Below, piece after piece: positions 11,742-24,205 of a stretch of DNA of 64,000 nt; within the stretch, counting starts at the first letter, position 1; the number at the start of each line of letters is the position of its first letter. The notes beneath the pieces were generated by a model. The model was given only the letters and a program-made list of their open reading frames with translations. It was not told where the DNA came from and searched no databases. A program made the position numbers and the translations under genes. Source of the stretch: Microthyrium microscopicum (Eukaryota); assembly GCA_010405405.1 (NCBI GenBank), contig MU004243.1, positions 429,340-493,339 on the forward strand. Reading direction: 5' to 3'.

Positions 11742-12583
11742 CTACTTTTTCTCGAGCGGCTCTATGGCGAACAGCAAATCGCTTCGCATCGTGTACTTGA
11801 TGCCCGAAAGCACTGGCTCACCACTATGGTAGAGCTCTGCATGTTGGAAGAAGAGTACGGAGCCAATTTTGGGATCATAGTCAAGTCTGTTCTTTTCCAT
11901 GTGGTCCATGAAAGTAGTCGCACCACCAAGAAGCTTGTCGCCCTTTGCCTGGTGCTCGGCATCATTGAGATAGAGATGCAATGTAAACCAGGTTCGTTCT
12001 TTAGTCTTTGGATCGGTATAAGAACCATCGTAATGCGCTATACACCAAAACAGTTAGCAACAGATTCACGTTACATCAATCATATTCTCAAACACTTACG
12101 TCTAAAGTATTCTGCGCCCGCCGTACCACCAACATATTTGAGAAATCGCATACGTGGATTCACCCGAGTCGCTTTCCACGATCTTTTGCCCACCAACAGC
12201 GGCCACGACTTCTGACTCAGCTCTTGGACTTCGGGAACCAATGGAGCGCATCGAGCCCAGAGCTTGTCCATGAGAGTCTGGTCGTCCCAGATGATGCGAC
12301 CGCATCGGCGAACATCTTCCATAAGTTTTTGCGTGCCGCCGCCAGTATTGATCAATGCTCGATCCCATGTACCTTCATTGTGCGATTCGGCGGCCATGAG
12401 TAGCTGGTTGCACTCTTCGACAGTAAGAATACCATCGAGGCTTACGGCGTAGCAGTTGGCATATTGTGGGAGGCCGCCTTTTTTGAAGTCGATTGGAGTA
12501 GCTGTGGGATTTGGAGCTGGGCCGGAGAGATAGTCGTCTGGTAAGGTGTAGCCTGTTTTACTTGAAGCTTTAGTAAATGGCAT
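11742..12583 (-). CDS. 2-oxoglutarate/Fe(II) dioxygenase (prolyl 4-hydroxylase-like), 2 exons
   Basis: RVNPRMRFLKY..YFR/PHYDG (HxD across intron 12099-12038), TLHLYLND..GGATTF, YHSGEPV..KYTMRSDL (distal His and 2OG-binding RxD). Confidence 0.88.
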
Positions 12584-14386
12584 TGTGGTTTTTTCGGTAT
12601 TGAGTTGGAAGTAGAGGAGTCAACCCGGTATCCAAGGCTGGAACGAGATGGTGGAGACTAGATACAAAAGAACAAACAGGTTTTGTGAATATGCGATGAG
12701 AACACCTTTGAGTTGAACTCGAGTCTGACTACCGTGGTTGTCGGGACTCATGTTACAGCACGGACGTTTTTCAAATTACTAGTAAATGGTCGCGGGAGAG
12801 GCGTTTTTAGGTCCAAAGAGAGACTTTTCAGGCTTGCGAGGCATAAACTCAGGCTTTCGCCGCCTTACGTAGAAGGCAAAAAGAAAAAGCTCGTACAAAA
12901 TTCGTCGGTGCACCGCTTAATGCCTAACTTTTTGTGTCCGTGCTGTAACATGAGTCTCGACAACCACGGTACTAGACGACCTTTGTTGATTTGAGGTGAC
13001 CAAATGAACCTGAATGAATATTAACTTACCTCAGCCTTCCATTGTAGGCAGCAGTGAAAAAGCCATGCGCATTTCAAGGCGGTGTTCCTTGTTCATACAT
13101 TTCTGACAGGCATTCATAGATCGCCGCATATAGAAGTTACACGCCTTCCAATCATACAAGTATAATGATCATTCTGTGAAACTTTTTGGAAAATCTTCAA
13201 ACAAAGAACACGCTTCAGCCTTCCCCACGATACCTACAGACACGTTGGAACCTCAACGTTGTTGACGCCAAAAGCTTGGTCCAATGGATCTCGACGAACT
13301 CCACATTTGGAGCGTTCTAAAAGGCGTCTAAAAGGCCGATTGCAATCGCCAAGACCCAGCTCACCACAATTATAATGAGCAAATCTTCTAGAAGACAGCG
13401 AATCAAACCAGGCAAAAGAGCTCGCAGGCGTTGAAAATAGCGGCTGACCTTGGAAGGTTAAAAGAGCGCTTGGATCAGGATATGAACAGTAGATGAAGTT
13501 CAGCCAATGGAATAACTTTCCGAGGATCGGCCTAGATTGGCCAGTCCAACGCGTTGCTGAGGCAGGACCAATGCATTCTGATGCTAGGCGACGGTAGCGA
13601 CGACTGTGTGGCTCCTGCGCGATTCGCCGATTGCCAGTTGCTCCTTCCCTCGCTTCTGGTTTCTGCCCCTGGGCCTGTCTTGCCTGTCTCTCTTCAACTC
13701 GTTGGCAAAGCTCAACTCTCGTGAATTGACTTGTTGTATCTAAGTGCTGGGGACCGGGTTGTTGCTCTTCCTTTTTCTGTCTCGTCTCTTCATATCATTG
13801 ATCTTCTTCCTTGTCCAGCTATTCCCCTTTTAATACAGTATCACCGTCTAATAATCGCCTTTCCTTGCGCAGCGCACTATATCCGGAACACCATCAACAT
13901 TTGAACATCCAGCAACAGCTTCACGCGGCCCGATTGTTTCGATTGTTTCGAGTACCTGAACATCCAAGCCCTCTTGAGCAACTGTAATCCTCGAAAAGTC
14001 GAGCCTTCCCAGTTCGGTCGCGTTGCAGTCCCGTTCCGCTCCTTCTCTGTTCTCCAAGCGCTCCTTCCGCACCATAAACCCTGGGCAAATCATCTGGAAA
14101 GCGCAACTCGACCGCTCCAGTGCTCCTGCCGAGTCTGTTTCAACTTCCAACCCCCATTCGAGCCTCACCTCCAGTTTTCACGTTGCGCAACCTCATCTTT
14201 GCACAACATCCGCTTCCGATTTCCCTACAACGCGGCCACCCGGATACAGCCCTGTCCAACGACGCTTGTATCACCAACGGCCAGCCACCACGCTTCTTCG
14301 CCTCGAGAGCGCTGCGCCTAGGGCCATTCCTCGACTCTCTTCAGAGCTTATCGTGGCCTTTCTGAACAACAACTTCAATAATCAAA

Positions 14387-15681
14387 ATGGACGCTGAAAA
14401 GGGTCCTCGTCGCCGACGCGGCTTGACTGGAGCTCTCTTCACGACGCCAGAACGGCACCCGACTCTTAACGATGTACTCAATCGAAGGACTCGCGCCCCT
14501 ATCGACCTTTTCTCCTTTTACATTTACATGCGCGACCAGCAACGATCCGTCGATTATTTGGACTTTTGGTATGCGACCAGTAAGATTTTCTGAACTAGTT
14601 ACTGACCATAATATAGGCTTGATGTATCGCAACATATGACTCTCTGTCGACATTATGTGCGCGACCTTCGGCGATCCGTCCTGGCTGATACACCAGAAGG
14701 CGCTAGTAAACGATCATCTGGAAATACTGCTGGTGGAATGGACGTTGCCGAGGCATACGATTCAGCTGCTGGACCATCGGAGAAGCGATCGGCATCGGAT
14801 AATAGAATTTCCCAAGTCCTTCGCGATAACCGAAGTCAACATTCCAAATCCAACAGTCAGAACAGCAACAACACTTCAGCCCCTTCGGTGCCACGTCGGC
14901 CATCGCATTCTCCATCAGCACGATCTGGACGCTCTGCGCGATCACTACGTTCAGCACGCTCCGCTCGACATCTTTCGTCATCCTCAGCGACTCCAGGTAC
15001 TGGCCATGAACGATCCGGAAGCTCAAGCACGCCACAGACCAACGTCAATAGAGCAGATGTACGCGCGTCGGCAGAACGTATTTTGTACACCTATTTGCTC
15101 CCTGGTGCTGAGCGTGAAATCATTCTCCCACAATCAATTGTGAATGAGATCACGGAAGAGATTGAACAGAATGGTCGAGATGATCCTGAAGTCTTTGATG
15201 CAGCCAAGGACTACGTCTTTCAAGCTATGGATCGTGATGCGTTCCCAGGATTTCTCCAGAGCAAAGCGTTAGGAAACTTGGTGTCTGGCAGTCTCATGCT
15301 TCGCCTTATACTCGGCCTATTGGGCCTCTTTGCCGCATTCTGGGCGGGATTCATTCTCATATTTCTTGACAAGTCAAGTTCAACCCGATGCTGGGTAAGT
15401 CACTTGCCTCATCATTATTTGCATTCGTCACTAATTATCATTAGCTTATATTGCCTTTTACCATTGGAACTTATACACTCAACTCGTATGAGTGGATGCT
15501 TGATCCACTTCTTGCATTCATCGGCCTCTCGGAATACACCTTCATGAGCTTTACCCGAATTCACGAGCCATATGTTCGCCAACTACTTCTCAAGCGAGCA
15601 GCCATTGCCTTTCTCACATTCCTTATAATTGACGTTGCTCTGTGCGTCCTTTTCATCCTCGTTCCTGGAAAGCGGTTATAA
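14387..15681 (+). CDS. RAX1: RGS-domain polarity protein Rax1, 3 exons
   Basis: PTLNDVLNRRTRAPIDLFSFYIYMRDQQRSVDYLDFW/LDVSQH, ASAERILYTYLLPGAEREI, GRDDPEVFD, three C-terminal TM helices ending VPGKRL. Confidence 0.9.
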
Positions 15682-16560
15682 TCAATACAGACATCGACTC
15701 TTTCAAATTTTGGCCTTTCGACTGCATTCGGCGCCGAGCATTCATTCACGATACTTTTCATGATGTCCGAGGCAAAAGGAGTTTTCTGTTGGTTACCGAT
15801 TGATATTCGAAACCATCCATACTGCGAGTCGAATACCCACATTATGGCTAACAGTGCACCAGATCCACTGTCAAATGTATATAGATATCCGGTCAGCTAT
15901 TGCTTGCCTTTAATCAGCTAATATAATGGACATCTCCCATGAGATTGTCACACAATGACTTGTCGCGCTCTCATGTGAATTCAGCATGCGTTCTCAGCTT
16001 CTCTAACCCATTTAGCTTGAAAAAAGTCTTCATGGTAAGTCTGGGACCCTGTAACTAAGTGGAAGGCTAATAATACTCTACCTGTCCAGGCACAGGGTAA
16101 AATTAGTGCCCTTCTCGAATCTCGTAACGTGGCTCACTTTGGAGCGGCCACTGCTAGAGCAACCAGCTCCATCCAAGTGCTCCGTGCAAAAAGATATCGA
16201 TTTACATACTGTTCAATGGCCTGTGAAGAAATACCAATCAGGATGAATATGTCCTGCGCTCGTAGATTCGCAACTCAGCTGAAACACCCAAACAATAGCA
16301 AGCAAAGAGTCCATCTTTCCAACAATGTAGCGCCGAACAGCTATGGATACAACCTCAAAAGCTGTGGTCAAAAACCAATAATTCTTAGCATCTCACCCAG
16401 CCGCGTACCAACAACCCACACCCTCTCATGTCAACAAAGATCTCCACCACAACTTGCCTGAGAGGGGGCCATTTTCGACCTTGTATCTGGCTCTGTAACC
16501 ATCTTTCGACATTCTTCGTTGCCTTTTCGCGTTCTTCTCCATTCCCGTGGTTCAAAAACG

Positions 16561-18126
16561 ATGTTCTCGTTCAGTCGTTCAGTTGTTGTTGCTGTCCTGC
16601 TTGGTGGTGCTTTGGCATCGCCCGCTTGGTATGGACCTCGTCCTGCTGATGGGCCGTCGAGGCAGCAGCGAGTTTGTCCTTGTGCCGAGAAACCTGCTCA
16701 TTACGATGAGTTTGTTGAGCTCTATGAGGAGGAGCCTGAGTATGTGACTGAGTTTGTGAGGGCGCCGGAACATCTTTTTGGTCCGTTTGAGCATGAGCAT
16801 GAGCATGAGCATGAGCATGAGTATGAGCATGAGAATGATCATGGGCATCACCATGAGCATCAGCGTGAGCATCATCGTGAGCATCAACGTGACCATCATC
16901 GGGAGCCTTGTGGTTGTCAGGATCAGATTACGGTTGTGGAGTAAGTTGCTCTTGCGTTTGTGTTTCTGCTCCTCAGTTTCTGAGAACGATTGACCCTGGG
17001 CGGGATGTTGTCCATGCTAGCAAGCTGTAGCTTGACAGCTTCTACAATGTCGAAGCTCGAGCGCTTTGATATTGATGGAAGAGAGCTGACTCCTTATTTA
17101 GAGTTCAAGAACATCAACCAACTTGTTCTCATGGCAATGCATGCCATCCTAAGCCGTACTGCAAGCCACCAGTAAGAACTCCGCTTCTGATTATCGTATG
17201 AATCCAATTGACGCTTCTAGACATACTGCTACGAGCCAATAATCCAAGTTCCAACTCCCCCACCTACCACCGTTACTTGGGTACCAATTGGATGCCACGG
17301 AGAAGCAGGTAAATGTCTTCAACACTCTCACACTCAATCCATAACTCACATTCTTCCTTACAGGTCATCCTCCTTATCAACAACCACCTCCACCACCACC
17401 GTACTACCCACCACCACCACAGCAGCCGCCAATCTACCAAATGCCATGCCAAACCTGCCAGCAGAACGGCGGACGCTGTCCCGCGAACCCGCTCCAAAAC
17501 GGCAACTTCAACCAAAATGGGCTCGCAGGCTTTGTACGTAGAGCCCTCCCCTCACCTTCCTCGGACTCCACCTCTTCCTCGGCGGAATCCGAGGACTAAG
17601 AGGAGGGTTCGCGGCCTCCCACAAAACACCATCCACACACACACTTCCACCATCTACACCAAACAACAGCACGACTAACCGTCCTTCCTTCCAGACCGCC
17701 AGCAACGCCGCAGCCGTAACACCCGCCCTAGCCCCGCTCGCCCCAACCTCCGAAGGCACCGCCGGCTCCATGTCCGTCTCCTTCCTAATCACCGCCGCCA
17801 CCGCACCAGCCGGCATCTCACTGACCCAAAACGTCGCCATCTGCGCCACCAACCGCGGCTACACGCTCAGCTATTTTGAAGCCTACGATCAAAACGCTGT
17901 AACCGCAGGCTGCGTTCTAAACATCTCGTTGGGCGGCGTAGCGATTGTGAATGCTCCGCTTGTGGCGCCGCTGGTGCCGGCGGGCGCAGTGCGGAATGTT
18001 AGTGTGGGTGCGGTTGCGGGGGCTACGACGGCGCCGTTTACGGTTACGTTGGTTTGTGCGAATGCGGCGGGGGCGGCGGTGGCGAGTGCGGTTTATTATG
18101 ATGCGTTCAATTTGCAGCCTTTGTAG
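16561..18126 (+). CDS. Secreted His/Glu-rich, polyproline protein with C-terminal beta-sandwich (CBM-like) domain, 5 exons
   Basis: Signal peptide MFSFSRSVVVAVLLGGALA. Exons join in frame via GT..AG introns at about 16941-17101, 17171-17220, 17309-17364 and 17534-17694. (HE)n, then PPPPPYYPPPP, then NPLQNGNF..ISLTQNVAIC..YTLSYF..YYDAFNL. Confidence 0.75.
16789..16830 (+). repeat. (GAGCAT)n hexanucleotide microsatellite, 7 units (one variant), encoding (EH)n
   Basis: Seen directly. Confidence 0.9.
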
Positions 18127-18770
18127 GGTGGTGATGGGGAAGTGTGTGGTTGTGGGTGTGTGGTTGTGGGAGGGATATATGGGTGGAATGCTAGGTAGAG
18201 TGAGGTTTATCATTCGCTATAAAAATACAGTCGTTGATTTGTTTGATACTTGTGTTTATTGGGATGTGATGTGTACAGTATCTGTGTATGTACCTAAGGC
18301 AGAGATGGTGTTGGTGTTGTTACTCTGTGCTGTGAAGGATTGAAGGGCAAGTCTGGTAGACTATCACGAGCATCTTTTGCTTCAAGATGTGATTGGCTTG
18401 TGCTAGACCACAAGGTTGCTTCATGTTCAATGGAAGTAGTCGCGGGCCACGTTTCTGCTGTGCAAACTATCATGCGCTAAGAAGAAGACTACTCAAAAAT
18501 GAACCGGCAAGACGAGTGATTGAAGTTCTGTTAGCTAAGAGAGAAGAAAAATTATCTGGAGAAGCTGAATTTGACTACAAACCCCAAATCCCTTTCGATC
18601 ACGCCAAAAGACCCCACCCACCTCTATCAAGCATTTTTTAATTGAGTTTTGAGCATCTTTGATTATTTTGAACAGGATTGATTCTCACCAAACCACGGCT
18701 GAGCTACAAAGTAATTTTGACCTCCATTAACAAACTTTCCATCAAAGCAACTGCGAAATCGACAACGAAC

Positions 18771-20093
18771 CTATGCGTGAGCATTGCTGTAGTCCAATGA
18801 GAACTGATCGAGTGCAATATTCAACAATGGCACGCCAGTGAGACCCAGAAGACCACCAAAAGTCAAAGTAGTCGGGTTACCAATAACCGCGCCTACCTGA
18901 GCAATAAGTGCAGTGAGCAGATCAGCAGGAATGGCAGTGCCGAACAATGGGCAGGCAATTCCAGCAACAAGCACACCAGCAGTCTCATTTGGCCCTGACA
19001 CAAAGTATGTCGTCAGACGGTTCCAGCCCTGGTTGCCACCAGCACCAATGACAATGGTAGCGATTCCAGCATTCGCAGCAGTCTGGTTGGCCAAATTGAA
19101 CGTATTGATGTGGTTGTTCAACTTGACTGTTACCTGGCACTGAGCGAGTGTGGCGAGCGGGAAGGCGGCTAGGTTGGCGGGCAGATTGGTGACGCCAATG
19201 GTGGTGAGGATTTGATTGACGAGAGGGACGTTCAGGTTGATCAGGGCGGTCGATTGGTCTGTGTATAGGAATACGTCGAGGACGTATTGGGCATTGGCAC
19301 AGAAAGTGACTGGCTGTGAGAGGGTTACAGCGCCATTGGGAGCATTGGTGGCCAGGCTGAAGATGGCTGAATCCAGAGTTGCGTTGGATGGGTCAGGGAG
19401 ACCGATTAGAGCGCTGAATGCGACGCCGCCGCCGACGTTGGCGGCGCTGTTTACTGTCCAGCCAGCTCCTCCTTGCACAAAGCCTTGGTTGGCGATGGGC
19501 TGTACTGCAGCACATGGTATTGTAGCGTTGACGGTAGTGTTGGTTGGTGGAGGCACTACTACAGTTGCATTACAACAAGGCTGGAATGGCGGCGGCGGTG
19601 GTGGTGGTGGAGGTGGAGGTGGAGGAGGAGGTGGTGGTGGTGGTTGCTGATAGCATGGTTGATTTTGATAAGGGCATTGTTGCTGCGGTGGTGGTGGTGG
19701 TGGTGGAGGTGGTTGATGATACACTGGTGGTTGATGATAGTACGGTTGGTGCGGTGGCTCATAATGGTGAGGTCGATGGGTTGGAGTAACTTGAACTGTC
19801 TTGTATATAGTCTTGTGAGTTGGTCTGCGGCAGCCTTCGCAGTGCTCTTCATAAGGCCGATATACAGTATGGACTGCCGGAGGCTTTTGGTGATATTTTA
19901 TCGTTTTGGTGTAACGATGGCTATCACCGCCGCAGGGACGACGATGTCCCCCGGGTCTGTGGTCGTAATAGTAAGGCTCATCATCGTAGCAACCCGCAAC
20001 GTCGGGAGAAGGAGTAGGCGATGGCGCTGGGATAGGCTCAGCAAGACATCGCTGTGCCAAATTGGCAACGGCCAGCAACCATGAATGCCTCAT
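18771..20093 (-). CDS. Secreted His/Pro-rich (polyproline) protein with C-terminal CBM-like domain; paralog of 16561-18126
   Basis: Single 440-aa ORF. Putative signal peptide, long poly-Pro tracts, PIANQGF..GWTV..VTLSQPVTFC..YVLDVF..IALDQFSL. Confidence 0.8.
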   Translation of the reverse strand: MRHSWLLAVANLAQRCLAEPIPAPSPTPSPDVAGCYDDEPYYYDHRPGGHRRPCGGDSHRYTKTIKYHQKPPAVHTVYRPYEEHCEGCRRPTHKTIYKTVQVTPTHRPHHYEPPHQPYYHQPPVYHQPPPPPPPPPQQQCPYQNQPCYQQPPPPPPPPPPPPPPPPPPPFQPCCNATVVVPPPTNTTVNATIPCAAVQPIANQGFVQGGAGWTVNSAANVGGGVAFSALIGLPDPSNATLDSAIFSLATNAPNGAVTLSQPVTFCANAQYVLDVFLYTDQSTALINLNVPLVNQILTTIGVTNLPANLAAFPLATLAQCQVTVKLNNHINTFNLANQTAANAGIATIVIGAGGNQGWNRLTTYFVSGPNETAGVLVAGIACPLFGTAIPADLLTALIAQVGAVIGNPTTLTFGGLLGLTGVPLLNIALDQFSLDYSNAHA

Positions 20094-20617
20094 ATTGACA
20101 ACAAATGACTGGCGAAACAGAAAGAAAGGAGGAAATCAAGGAGCTCTTTGGCCAGGGAACAAGAAATTCTCCGTATGTAAGCTGGAGGAGAGCACCACCT
20201 TTGTTTACCCACTGAAATCTCTGCTGAAAAAATGCATATTGAATGTGGTACTGTTCATGCGCTGCTTACCTAGCTTTCACAGGTCCAACGACCTAAGAAT
20301 CAAGCAAAGCCAATGGTGGTTGAAAGCATGAGGGTAATATGAAGTATGGCACCTAGGACCAAGTATATTGTTGAGCCGCCTGATTGACTTGCTTGGGTGT
20401 CCAATTGGCCAGGCTGTTGTGAAATAGTGGATGACCAGTGGACATTCACAAGTCTGGTACCAGGTATATCGACGAGAACTACCAGAATTGCAAAAGGGTC
20501 CTCCCCAACAAAAGCCCGATCGGACTTAGATGCGGAGAATATGTTACAAAAGGCGGAGTCGACCATGTCAAGAGAAAGACTCTGTTCCACATATATTTTG
20601 CTACAATTCGAGTGATT

Positions 20618-21703
20618 CTAGCTTTCAGGGGCACCGATATCTCCTAACTCTTCATCTTCCTCATAGCCCTCATCCCTGACAAGTGGAATGAATCGATAGT
20701 CTACAAAGCTGACCCCTCCCCCTTCCAGGTTTTCGATCATGAACTGGAGGCTCAGCACACCTTGACTGTCTCCTCTGATACTGACTTTGATAGCGGATTG
20801 CAAGGCCTTTTTGGTATTAGAGATGTGGGAGAATTTGTATGATTGACTGAAGGATTCACCAGAGACTTGAAAAGTCTCCAGAATCCCACGGTTTCGCTTT
20901 GGTACAGCATTGGGACCAGCGGCCAATGCATCGTTCTCCTGCACCGCTTTATTGTCCCGATGGAATTGGACAACAGCGGAACCGTGATCACCCGAGGCCG
21001 AAAGGATCAGGAACGTGTCTGTAGCTCGAATTGTCAAGTGCTCTGGATTGGATGTTGAAAGTTCGGTAATGGCGTCTGCTAGATAGGACGCCTGCATAAT
21101 GATCTTCATGCCTAGTTCAAGCCGTGCAAATGGAATATCGGAATCATATGCGGGCTCATATGTGACCAATTTGCATGTTGTTGATATGCCAGCCTCTTCA
21201 AGAATTATCACAAGTGGACTACCGACAGAATCATAGCGGAGACGGCAAATACCGGACAATCCTAATGCTTGTGCGGAGAATGCATCTCTGTTATATGGAT
21301 CACGATTCCACGGAGTGGGCTTTGAGAGTTCACTTAAGCCGAAAATTTGTAAGGTTTCAAGTAAAGCGGCCAGAGAGATGGAGAAGGGATCCACATCACC
21401 ACTTTCCTGGGTAGTGTCGACAGTATCAGGCTGGACCTGAGGAGGAGTGAACTGGAAGCTGGAAAATAGCGTCTTCCCTAGAAATGCCATGCCTTGATCC
21501 CTTAGCGAAATTTACACGGGATTAACGGACATTGGCTTACCCTCCATGACACTTGATTCTTCCACTGAGAATCGTATACCATCTTCTGTAGGCTGGACTT
21601 GTGCTTTGGACCCAAACCCAATGCAACGAAGAAGAAGAAACAATTGGCGTGCTGAGCTTGATACAGCGCTCAAGATTGGAGGTGATTCAGGTTGGGTTGA
21701 CAT
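20618..21703 (-). CDS. rad1: 9-1-1 checkpoint clamp subunit Rad1 (Rad1/Rec1/Rad17 family), 2 exons
   Basis: PILSAVSSSARQLFLLLRCIGF..GIRFSVEESSVMEG/MAFL, LETLQIFG, STTCKLVTYEP, KVSIRGDSQGVLSLQFMIE..FVDYRFIP. Confidence 0.9.
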
Positions 21704-21819
21704 GGTCAACGATGATGTTCTTGCGACAGAGAGACACGACTAGGCAGGCATAAAACTTAGCAAAGTCCAATTGCTATTGGGTATCTCAAAGTATTTTACA
21801 GGTAAAGGGAAGCCGTAGT

Positions 21820-22219
21820 TTAGACGTAAACACCGACGGCACAGATCATGAAAACGGAGCCGAACCTGATATGTTGTTAGATGAGCACCTCCTGAACAGA
21901 AGAGATGGCAGCTTACCCAAAGGCTAATGAGGCGGGAACTCCCAGTGCTGGAAGAGTGAGGATGGACCGATCTGTATTATTGTTGGCGTTGCACTTGCTA
22001 TGGAAGGGAGTGCTCTTACTAAGGCCAAATACGCCAGTGAGTAGAACAGCTAGATGTCGGTTAGTGTATGATGGATGAAGGTCGAGAAAGGATCTTACCA
22101 GCTATGAGGAGGGTAAAGGCAACGAAGAACTGAAGGTCTTTTGCGACCAAAGGTTGGAAAGGGGACGATTTGGCAGCTTCCCAGAGCTGCAGGAGGTTTT
22201 CGGAGCTTGCAGCAGACAT
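21820..22219 (-). CDS. OST5: Oligosaccharyltransferase small subunit Ost5/TMEM258, 4 exons
   Basis: Spliced: MSAASSENLLQLWEAAKSSPFQPLVAKDLQFFVAFTLLIA/AVLLTGVFGL/NRSILTLPALGVPASLAFG/FGSVFMICAVGVYV*. The C-terminal GVYV is characteristic. Confidence 0.85.
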
Positions 22220-22817
22220 TCGGGAGAGAAGTTCAAAGGAACGACTGTGTATAAAGAGGGGATTGGAATTGTGTAGAGGAGGGCTGGGAAGAGAGTTGAA
22301 GATGGAGATAGCGGGCAACAATAAATTGATGAAGTTGGGACACGCTTCCAAAAGTATCGCGTTCCCAACTAGGCAAGCGCAATCGACAGGGATTGTGAAT
22401 CTCAGATCTTATCTTATCTTAACTTACCATTTAACCTCACTTGGTACTGCTAAGCAGACATCGCCATTTAAGTCCGCAAAATACACGACCTAGCTTTTCT
22501 TCCTGTCCAAGCCACGCATACAGAAAGTTCGCGTTAAATTGCACACATATCTCCTGCCTGTTTGCTGCCTTGGTGCTGCCTGTTTGACATCAGATCCATG
22601 AAGCAACATGCCATATCCTCCCAAATATATCTCTCGACATCCATGGTCGACTTGACAGCAGATGAGCAACGTTTGATTATCTTACTGGGCTGATTCCGTC
22701 TCAGCTATCAAGTCTGGTACCAATCACCTGACCTGATCTGGCCTATTTCACCTTGAGCACTCCCAATATTGATAGTTGGTACTCCCTCATCCATAACACC
22801 TCAGACGTTGTGTCATC

Positions 22818-24078
22818 ATGGGTCCTACCAATCTTTCCAAGCGTCAAGCCGAGGACGCCATTCCAAACAGTTCATCAAAACGTCTTAAGAGTCTGAGTAT
22901 AAGTGCTGCCAACTCTAACGCCACCACACCCATGCCCTCTGTACACGCTGTACCATTTCCGGAAAAGGGCGCTGTACTGGAAGAAAGAAGCGGAGTAATT
23001 GAGTTCTGGGTAGTCAACAATGATGGCGACAGAGACAGCACTATAGTACTCACCGGGCTCAAGAATGTCTTCCAGAAGCAGCTTCCAAAGATGCCAAAAG
23101 ACTACATAGCCCGCCTTGTCTACGACCGTACCCACTTGAGCTTGGCCATAGTTCACATGCCTGACCTGGAAATCCTTGGAGGCATCACATACCGGCCCTT
23201 CAAGGGACGCCAGTTTGCCGAAATTGTCTTCTGTGCCGTTAGTAGCGACCAGCAAGTCAAAGGCTATGGCGCCCACATGATGAATCACCTGAAGGACTAT
23301 GTCCGCGCATCATCCGACGTTATGCATTTCCTCACATATGCAGACAACTATGCCATCGGGTACTTCAAAAAGCAGGGCTTCACTAAGGAGGTTACACTGG
23401 AAAAATCCAAGTGGATGGGCTACATCAAAGACTACGAAGGCGGTACTATAATGCAGTGCTCCATGCTTCCCAGGATCAAATACCTCGAAGCTCAAAAACT
23501 CCTTCGAAAACAAAAAGAAGTTGCTGAAGCCAAGATTAGATCAGTTTCAAAAAGCCACATCATCCATCAACCCCCTAAGCAGTGGAAGAACGGAGCTTTC
23601 CCCATCGATCCCGAGAGCATCTCAGCCATCAAAGCCTCCGGCTGGTCACCAGATATGGATGAGCTAGCCCGAGCGCCCAAACATGGGCCAAACTACAATC
23701 AACTCCTCCATCTGCTCAATGATATGCAAAATAACACCAATGCCTGGCCATTCCAGACAGCAGTCAACAAGGACGAAGTTGCCGATTACTACGAAGTGAT
23801 TAAGCATCCCATGGATCTCGGTACTATGGAGGAAAGGCACGAAAAGGACCAATACCCAACACCCGAAGATTTTATTCGCGATGCCATGCTCATCTTCAAC
23901 AATTGTCGGAAATACAACAACGAAACCACCCCTTACAGTAAAGCGGCAACTCGACTTGAGAAGTTCATGTGGACCAAGATCAAGGAGATCCCTGAGTGGT
24001 CGGTGAGTAACATTGTTCATCCCTGTGTGAAGCATCAGCTGACGTAAATAGCATCTGGAACCTAAGCAATTCTCGTAG
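22818..24078 (+). CDS. GCN5: Histone acetyltransferase Gcn5 (GNAT + bromodomain)
   Basis: [49 protein letters not shown], bromodomain [16 protein letters not shown]. Last intron 24003-24051, then HLEPKQFS*. Confidence 0.96.
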
Positions 24079-24082
24079 CGCG

Positions 24083-24205
24083 AGCCTACTCTCAATCCCC
24101 AGCCTAATCCTGTTCTTCGGCCTACTTCTAATCCCCAGCCTACTCTCAATCCCCAGCCTACTCTCAATACCCAGCCCACTCTCAGTACCCAGCCTACTAC
24201 TCAGC
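24083..24205 (+). repeat. 18-bp minisatellite (AGCCTACTCTCAATCCCC consensus), about 7 degenerate copies
   Basis: Seen directly, immediately after the GCN5 stop codon. Confidence 0.85.

Noticed and set aside
13848..14397. Overlapping ORFs upstream of RAX1
   Set aside because: Non-ATG starts in a CT-rich 5' UTR-like sequence; no homology evidence.
24083..24205. CRISPR-like array
   Set aside because: Eukaryotic locus with adjacent repeat units and no unique spacers; it is a minisatellite.
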